A stretch of 40,000 nt of DNA. Source: Enterococcus phage vB_EfaS_159. The first letter of the stretch is position 1; each line of letters begins with the position of its first letter. Location: the sequence record CAJDKF010000002.1; one strand, 5' to 3'. Below, piece by piece: positions 34,953 to 40,000 of this stretch. Position numbers and translations under genes: made by a program. Below the pieces are notes generated by a model. The model was not told where the DNA came from and made no database searches. It saw only the letters and a program-made list of their open reading frames with translations.

Positions 34953-36533
34953 TTAGAAAATATTATCTGTTTCAGTGAAGTTGTTACCCCATTTGATATT
35001 GGTTAGCACATACTGTGGTTTTCCGTTAACTCGTTTTTTAACTCTGTTTAATACAATGTTCTGTGATTTGCGTTGTAGTTCTGGCACAAACTTGCGAGCT
35101 GAAACAGTCATTAGTCCTTCATTTACTAACATATCGTTATATGCTTCAAGTAATTCAGTTGTTGGAATAAATGAGTTTTCATCTTCTACAAACTCAATTT
35201 CGTTCATATCAATAAAGTTTGCCATTGTGTCATTACCTTGGATAAAGGCATCACGCAATTTATTTGCATTCTCACTAGTCCAGAAGTGTCCTTTGGTTTC
35301 TCCATTTAGTCCAAATAGTACATTTCTATATTGTTGTAAACAGTAGCTGATAAACTCTGACTTTTCTTCATATGTGAAATTCTTTGAACGTTCCAGCCAC
35401 ATTGAATCTGTGGGGTTATCTCTTCCCATTGTCTTATTAAATGGTAATGTGATAATACGGCGCAAGAAACCATGTGAAGTGTCTGAAAATGTAGGCATGT
35501 TATTAGTTGTGAAAATCATTAGTGCGTAGTTAGTAAATGTAAACTTGTTAATGCCTTTATACTCTGCACTCATTACGTCATTACCTGATAGTGTTTTCAG
35601 TGTACCTGTTTGTTTAATATGTTGTGCTGGCATATCCGTTTCAATGTTTACCATTTTACCAAATAATTGAGAGCTTGCGAATTTATCGTTATTACCTGAC
35701 AAGCTAGCTAGTGTTGCATGACTTGTATTTGATTTTCCTACTAGTTCCTCAATAAATGCCATAACGTGAGATTTACCGTTACTACCTTCACCAGTTGCAA
35801 ATACCATTGCTTGTGGGTCTTGGTTGCGGTAGAAAATACGTCCAATCAATTGAAATAGTGTTTTTGCGTCCTCTTCTAAAATGTACTCAATCCATTCAGC
35901 AACGATATTGTGTTTAGGGTTCTCAATATAATCATATTCAATTCTTGTTGTTTGGTAGTCCTCTTTTACAGTTGGTTTTAATGTGTCCTCTTTAAAGCGA
36001 TATGTGCCATTTTTAAAGGCTATTTTGTTTGGGTCCATTTTGTCATTAAATGGTAATTTAGCACCAGAAGCAAGCGCGTTTTTTGCCATTCTTTGGACTG
36101 CATTTCTAAATTGGTTAGCAACCTTTGCATTTTCTGCATATTGTGGTGTGTATACCATCATAAACTCATTGTAAAGCTTTTGCCATAAACGAGCTTCTAG
36201 GTTATCTTCTGAAACCTCATAGATTTTTGTGTCATGATTATAAACCACTGGTAAACCAATTGTGGAACTTGCGTGTACTGGTAATACCTTAGCCATGTGA
36301 ACAGCTAATGCTTCTGCGTTTAATCCGTCATAACTTGGTTCTGGTCGTTGTGGCTCTGCATTCTTAGCCGCATCTCCATTTTTGAAGTCAACTTCCCACT
36401 CCTTATGGTCCTTCTCATATTCTGACAATGCTTTGATATATTGCTTGCTTGGTGTCAATGTCTTTTCAAGCGTGCTGATAAAGCTTAATTCAATTGGTTG
36501 GTCATATTCTACTTTTTGTAATTCATTTACCAT
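34953..36533 (-). CDS. phage/plasmid primase-helicase, P4/D5 family
   Basis: GEGSNGKSHVMAFIEELVG Walker A, FTTNNMPTFSDTSHGFLRRIITLPF. Confidence 0.93.
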   Translation of the reverse strand: MVNELQKVEYDQPIELSFISTLEKTLTPSKQYIKALSEYEKDHKEWEVDFKNGDAAKNAEPQRPEPSYDGLNAEALAVHMAKVLPVHASSTIGLPVVYNHDTKIYEVSEDNLEARLWQKLYNEFMMVYTPQYAENAKVANQFRNAVQRMAKNALASGAKLPFNDKMDPNKIAFKNGTYRFKEDTLKPTVKEDYQTTRIEYDYIENPKHNIVAEWIEYILEEDAKTLFQLIGRIFYRNQDPQAMVFATGEGSNGKSHVMAFIEELVGKSNTSHATLASLSGNNDKFASSQLFGKMVNIETDMPAQHIKQTGTLKTLSGNDVMSAEYKGINKFTFTNYALMIFTTNNMPTFSDTSHGFLRRIITLPFNKTMGRDNPTDSMWLERSKNFTYEEKSEFISYCLQQYRNVLFGLNGETKGHFWTSENANKLRDAFIQGNDTMANFIDMNEIEFVEDENSFIPTTELLEAYNDMLVNEGLMTVSARKFVPELQRKSQNIVLNRVKKRVNGKPQYVLTNIKWGNNFTETDNIF

Positions 36534-36562
36534 TGTTATTCCTCCTAATATCTTATGACATT

Positions 36563-36591
36563 AATATACCATGTAAAAAAGAGAAAGTCAA
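36563..36591 (-). promoter_or_regulatory. early promoter TTGACT-N17-TATATT with extended TG, overlapping a terminator stem
   Basis: Boxes 36586-36591 and 36563-36568. Confidence 0.75.
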
Positions 36592-36633
36592 CTGTTTTAT
36601 TTAACTTTCTCCCTTATCATAGCATATTTAATT

Positions 36634-36825
36634 TTAAAAATGTTTGTCGTATTGGTATATGCCAATCCATAATGTTAATGTTACTAGTGCAACGATACCT
36701 AGTACAATCCAACCAATTGGTTTCATTACAGATAAAGTCATTATAATACAAAATAGTATTAGACCAAATGCTATTAACGCACCTACTGCGATACATGCCA
36801 TCATAAAAGCTTCAAATTTACTCAT
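36634..36825 (-). CDS. small membrane protein
   Basis: Two hydrophobic segments (FMMACIAVGALIAFGLILFCIIM; PIGWIVLGIVALVTLTLWIGI). Confidence 0.65.
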   Translation of the reverse strand: MSKFEAFMMACIAVGALIAFGLILFCIIMTLSVMKPIGWIVLGIVALVTLTLWIGIYQYDKHF

Positions 36826-37061
36826 TTTTCCACCTCATCTAGTTTTTTCAATAATCTTTTTTCATTCCATACATTTACAATATCTCCAATATACTTGACA
36901 CTGTATAACCAACGGAATTTATATGCTAAAGTGTTGTGTACGTCTTTATGTTCATATTCGTACATTTGTGGTACACCGTTTTTTAATATAATGGTTACTG
37001 TAGCCCCATTATATGGTTCTTCAAATTTATAGTGACGTTGTGTGTACATGTCAACCCTCAT
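36822..37061 (-). CDS. hypothetical protein
   Basis: Operon-packed frame. Confidence 0.6.
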   Translation of the reverse strand: MRVDMYTQRHYKFEEPYNGATVTIILKNGVPQMYEYEHKDVHNTLAYKFRWLYSVKYIGDIVNVWNEKRLLKKLDEVEK

Positions 37062-37273
37062 TTTGTTTCCTCCTTATGAAATTTATAAACATCATGTAAT
37101 CGTTCACGTAATTCACTGGATTGTTCCATAGTGATGACATCACCCATGCTAAGTCCTAAAATTACACCTTGGATAAATTTCATGCCAGCGTGGTTGTGTT
37201 CTGCGTTTTCGTCATATCCTTCAATCATTTCTAAAACTTGTTCAATTGCACTGATAGTACTCATTCTACTCAT
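37058..37273 (-). CDS. hypothetical protein
   Basis: Operon-packed frame. Confidence 0.6.
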   Translation of the reverse strand: MSRMSTISAIEQVLEMIEGYDENAEHNHAGMKFIQGVILGLSMGDVITMEQSSELRERLHDVYKFHKEETK

Positions 37274-37488
37274 TTTGTTTCCTCCTCAAAATGTTGTTTT
37301 TGTGCTTTAGTTGCTTTAAAGTCACATATTGTTGCTTGCTTGTGTATCCATGTTTTAGAAACCATGTGTATTTCATTATCTAATAATGTGATAAAATAAC
37401 CACGTGTGTCTATCTGGTCAATTCTATAAATATTTAATCCATCTGTTGAAGCCCAAATTGAGCCAATAACCTTTACTGAATCACTCAT
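37270..37488 (-). CDS. hypothetical protein
   Basis: Operon-packed frame. Confidence 0.6.
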   Translation of the reverse strand: MSDSVKVIGSIWASTDGLNIYRIDQIDTRGYFITLLDNEIHMVSKTWIHKQATICDFKATKAQKQHFEEETK

Positions 37489-37697
37489 GTTCCTAACTCC
37501 TCAATTAACATATTGTTATATTTCAAATTAGTTGACGGTACAAGCATATAACATTGCTCTTCACTTAACGTTGTGTAGTTCATTGTCTTTGAAAAGTCAT
37601 CATAATAAACAACACTGTTATATGTGTCATATTTACCAATAATTAGATAATATAGGTCATGACCTTCTAATTCCCAAAATGTACCAACTTCTTTCAT
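37485..37697 (-). CDS. hypothetical protein
   Basis: Operon-packed frame. Confidence 0.6.
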   Translation of the reverse strand: MKEVGTFWELEGHDLYYLIIGKYDTYNSVVYYDDFSKTMNYTTLSEEQCYMLVPSTNLKYNNMLIEELGT

Positions 37698-37921
37698 TAT
37701 TTAGCGTCCTCCAATACATATAAGATTGAATCAACTGGAATGGTGATAAATGTGTATTGCATTTCACCATCAATATAAAGTGTTTCTGGTTTTTCTAATT
37801 TCAGTAGTTTTTCATCATTTTCAACTGCTTTTTCATACATTACAAGAATTGGTGTTTCTGTGGATATAGTGATGAGTTCATTATTTGTTAGACAAATATA
37901 ATAGTTTGTTTTGGTTGTCAT
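37697..37921 (-). CDS. hypothetical protein
   Basis: Operon-packed frame. Confidence 0.6.
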   Translation of the reverse strand: MTTKTNYYICLTNNELITISTETPILVMYEKAVENDEKLLKLEKPETLYIDGEMQYTFITIPVDSILYVLEDAK

Positions 37922-38079
37922 TATGCTTCCTCCACTCGTATGATTTCAATTTGTTCTGGTCTAAAACCTGATTCATCTAAAATTTTCATAGCTGCACTAG
38001 CATGACTATTCGCAGTTACATGTCTTACCTCCACAAGTGTATCGTATCTTGTGCGCCATAAAACTTCATATTCTTTCAT
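37921..38079 (-). CDS. small hypothetical protein (52 aa)
   Basis: MKEYEVLWRTRYDTLVEVRHVTANSHASAAMKILDESGFRPEQIEIIRVEEA; SD UAGGAGGAAC; not in the ORF track. Confidence 0.65.
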   Translation of the reverse strand: MKEYEVLWRTRYDTLVEVRHVTANSHASAAMKILDESGFRPEQIEIIRVEEA

Positions 38080-38090
38080 TCTTGTTCCTC

Positions 38091-38168
38091 CTAGTCCTCA
38101 ATATACTTGATAATGTTGTAAGTTCCCCATATACCTATTGTTACAAATACTAAACCAAACACTGCCAT
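38091..38168 (-). CDS. 25-aa single-pass membrane microprotein
   Basis: MAVFGLVFVTIGIWGTYNIIKYIED; strong SD AAAGGAGGAAAACAAC; first ORF after the promoter at 38198-38226. Confidence 0.55.
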   Translation of the reverse strand: MAVFGLVFVTIGIWGTYNIIKYIED

Positions 38169-38197
38169 GTTGTTTTCCTCCTTTATCTTATATACCT

Positions 38198-38226
38198 AAT
38201 ATACCATGTGATATAGTAGGTGTCAA
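38198..38226 (-). promoter_or_regulatory. early promoter TTGACA-N17-TATATT with imperfect palindrome
   Basis: Boxes 38221-38226 and 38198-38203. Confidence 0.8.
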
Positions 38227-38230
38227 GTGT

Positions 38231-38626
38231 TTATTTAAATTCTTTTAAAATTTCTAGGGCTTTTTTCGCTTCCTTTAGTTTATTGATTTTATCACGCAAT
38301 TTAACTTCCTGTCTATCCATTCGTTCCATTTTATCAAATATATTTTGACGCTCAACACTTAGTGCTTCAATTTTATCATTTAGCCGTTGTTCAACGTCCA
38401 CTGTGATTGTTGCGGTTGGGTATTCAAAAATTTCAAATTTTACAAAACTACATTCATTGTTAAGACTGTCTAAAATATACCAACTTTCTACACTGTCACC
38501 GAAATTATCAATAATACATTTATTTGCTACTCTATAAATACCCCCTTTTGTCCACCAATCGAACCCACCGTCATCTGTGCAAATTAATTTCATACCGTCT
38601 TTTAAGTCGTTTTCTGTGTATTTCAT
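38231..38626 (-). CDS. hypothetical coiled-coil protein
   Basis: N-terminal MKYTENDLKDGMKLICTDDGGFDWWTKGGIYRV; helical C-terminus. Confidence 0.6.
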   Translation of the reverse strand: MKYTENDLKDGMKLICTDDGGFDWWTKGGIYRVANKCIIDNFGDSVESWYILDSLNNECSFVKFEIFEYPTATITVDVEQRLNDKIEALSVERQNIFDKMERMDRQEVKLRDKINKLKEAKKALEILKEFK

Positions 38627-38639
38627 TTATTCTTCCTCC

Positions 38640-38861
38640 TTATATAATATCGTCAAATAGTATCATGTAGCAAAGGTCAATCATAATTACAATAGCCATA
38701 ATCATGGAATAGATACCATAAACAATGTAAAACACAGATACAATACTAACAGCTATCTTAAAAATCATTAGTGGTAAGCATAGGATAGTTAATACACTAA
38801 AAATTAACCATACTACTATCATAATACGTATAATTTTATCAATCATTTTTAATTCCTCCAA
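38640..38861 (-). CDS. small membrane protein
   Basis: Strongly hydrophobic; SD present. Confidence 0.6.
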   Translation of the reverse strand: MEELKMIDKIIRIMIVVWLIFSVLTILCLPLMIFKIAVSIVSVFYIVYGIYSMIMAIVIMIDLCYMILFDDII

Positions 38862-38887
38862 TTTGTTTGTTGTTATCTTATGTACCT

Positions 38888-38916
38888 ACTATACCATGTG
38901 ATATAGTAGTTGTCAA
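38888..38916 (-). promoter_or_regulatory. early promoter TTGACA-N17-TATAGT overlapping palindrome CTACTATA-N8-TATAGTAG
   Basis: Boxes 38911-38916 and 38888-38893. Confidence 0.8.
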
Positions 38917-38935
38917 CACTTTTGTTCAAAAAGTT

Positions 38936-39163
38936 TTAAAGAATTTCAATATATAATCCACCAACTGGTGTTGTTGAAATATTCATTACCTCTCGTTCAA
39001 GGTGTGGTTCAACTTTTTCATATTCTCGTTTATATTGTAGTTCTTTTGATTCTGTGAAAGTGCAAATCTCTTCTTCTGTACCATGTTGTACTAATACTAC
39101 CGTTTTACCATATTCAACAAACATTAGTAATTGTCCTAGTGTAATCATTATTCTTCCTCCCAT
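38936..39163 (-). CDS. hypothetical protein
   Basis: Operon-packed frame. Confidence 0.55.
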   Translation of the reverse strand: MGGRIMITLGQLLMFVEYGKTVVLVQHGTEEEICTFTESKELQYKREYEKVEPHLEREVMNISTTPVGGLYIEIL

Positions 39164-39429
39164 TCAATTTGTTTGATTGATACTAAACCAAGTGTGTTGC
39201 GTAATGTGTAATGTTCATTCCAGTATATAAACTGTGTTAATAGTGGTTTATCGTTACCAGTGTATGTTTCTTGTTTATTATAGTTACGTTCTTCAATTTG
39301 TTCTTCAATTTTATCTACCATTTCATGATAATACTTGAGCGCACTCTCATATGAACTGAACCCTCTCATTGCTGGCACTTTATAATCAACTTTTACTAAC
39401 CATGCGGTTTTCATTCTACATGCCCCCAA
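39148..39429 (-). CDS. hypothetical protein
   Basis: Operon-packed frame. Confidence 0.55.
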   Translation of the reverse strand: MGACRMKTAWLVKVDYKVPAMRGFSSYESALKYYHEMVDKIEEQIEERNYNKQETYTGNDKPLLTQFIYWNEHYTLRNTLGLVSIKQIEWEEE

Positions 39430-39596
39430 ATATCTTTGATAGTTTCAATCATTAAATCTTGTTCTGCTTCAACTTTTTTACATACACGAATTAAGCCAGC
39501 CATTAACATGTAAATCACTTCTGCTTCATCTGCTTTTTTAATATTAATACTTAACTCTTTGTTTTCATCAAGTGTTAGTAATACTTTGTTTGTCAT
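39411..39596 (-). CDS. hypothetical protein
   Basis: Operon-packed frame. Confidence 0.55.
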   Translation of the reverse strand: MTNKVLLTLDENKELSINIKKADEAEVIYMLMAGLIRVCKKVEAEQDLMIETIKDIWGHVE

Positions 39597-39634
39597 TACT
39601 CATTACCTCCTTAGTTGTCTATGAAACCAGTGTA

Positions 39635-40000
39635 CTATACATTCTTTAGTTTGTCAAGTCTTTTGTGTAAATCTTTTAATCTTTCTCCATATCGTTTCAT
39701 TATTCCATCATACTGTTTTACATACTCTCTATAATCGTTCATATTACCTTGACTATAGTAGAAATTCATATTATCAATACAATTGTCTAAGTCCTCTGTG
39801 AAATGGTCCTGTGTGCTTTTAATTAGCTGTTCAAGCTTTTGTACTTCATTTTCACGTTCTTTAACTTCTGTTTCAGTAATAATGTAATGCCACTCACCTT
39901 GTATAGTATGTGAGATAATAGTTGTGTTCTCGTCTAGTGATTCAATGTATTCTGTTACATTGTTCATTCCACAAAATTCTTTGATTGTCTTTTTCTTCAT
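39635..40000 (-). CDS. hypothetical coiled-coil protein (may continue past the window edge)
   Basis: Frame starts at or beyond the window end. Confidence 0.5.
   Translation of the reverse strand: MKKKTIKEFCGMNNVTEYIESLDENTTIISHTIQGEWHYIITETEVKERENEVQKLEQLIKSTQDHFTEDLDNCIDNMNFYYSQGNMNDYREYVKQYDGIMKRYGERLKDLHKRLDKLKNV

Noticed and set aside
31100-38916. Palindromic TATAGTAG sequences as a CRISPR array or transposon ends
   Set aside because: Only three copies, kilobases apart, each centred on a promoter; no regular spacing, transposase or target duplication.

Overview
The window is about 40 kb of a low-GC Gram-positive tailed phage or prophage, probably from a Lactobacillales host. It has two convergent blocks. 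The + strand (about 0.2-19.9 kb) carries the late genes: small terminase (P27-like), large terminase, HK97-type portal, protease and capsid, connectors, tail proteins, tape measure, Dit, Tal, XhlA, holin and a secreted amidase. The - strand (about 20.0-40.0 kb) carries the early genes: glutaredoxin, a Mom-like DNA modification protein, family B DNA polymerase, two DNA methyltransferases, an SSB-tailed protein, MBL-fold hydrolase, prim-pol, SNF2-like helicase, VRR-NUC, D5-type primase/helicase and many small ORFans. The observations most worth follow-up, all read directly from sequence: (1) the major capsid and major tail genes both end in CCC-TAG followed by a 75-nt near-identical repeat, and a +1 shift would add the same 21-aa tail to both proteins; (2) a highly structured non-coding segment of about 420 nt, with its own promoter and terminator, lies between terS and terL, followed by a second mini-unit with a related terminator; (3) late promoters share an unusual NNCACA box exactly 17 nt from an extended -10 (TGnTATAAT), while early promoters are canonical TTGACA-N17-TATACT; (4) inside the early block, an oppositely oriented late-type promoter drives a putative RNA of about 65 nt whose hairpin loop carries UUCCUCCUA, complementary to the UAGGAGGAA Shine-Dalgarno used by early genes and absent from late genes. 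No tRNA, CRISPR array or integrase was recognised.
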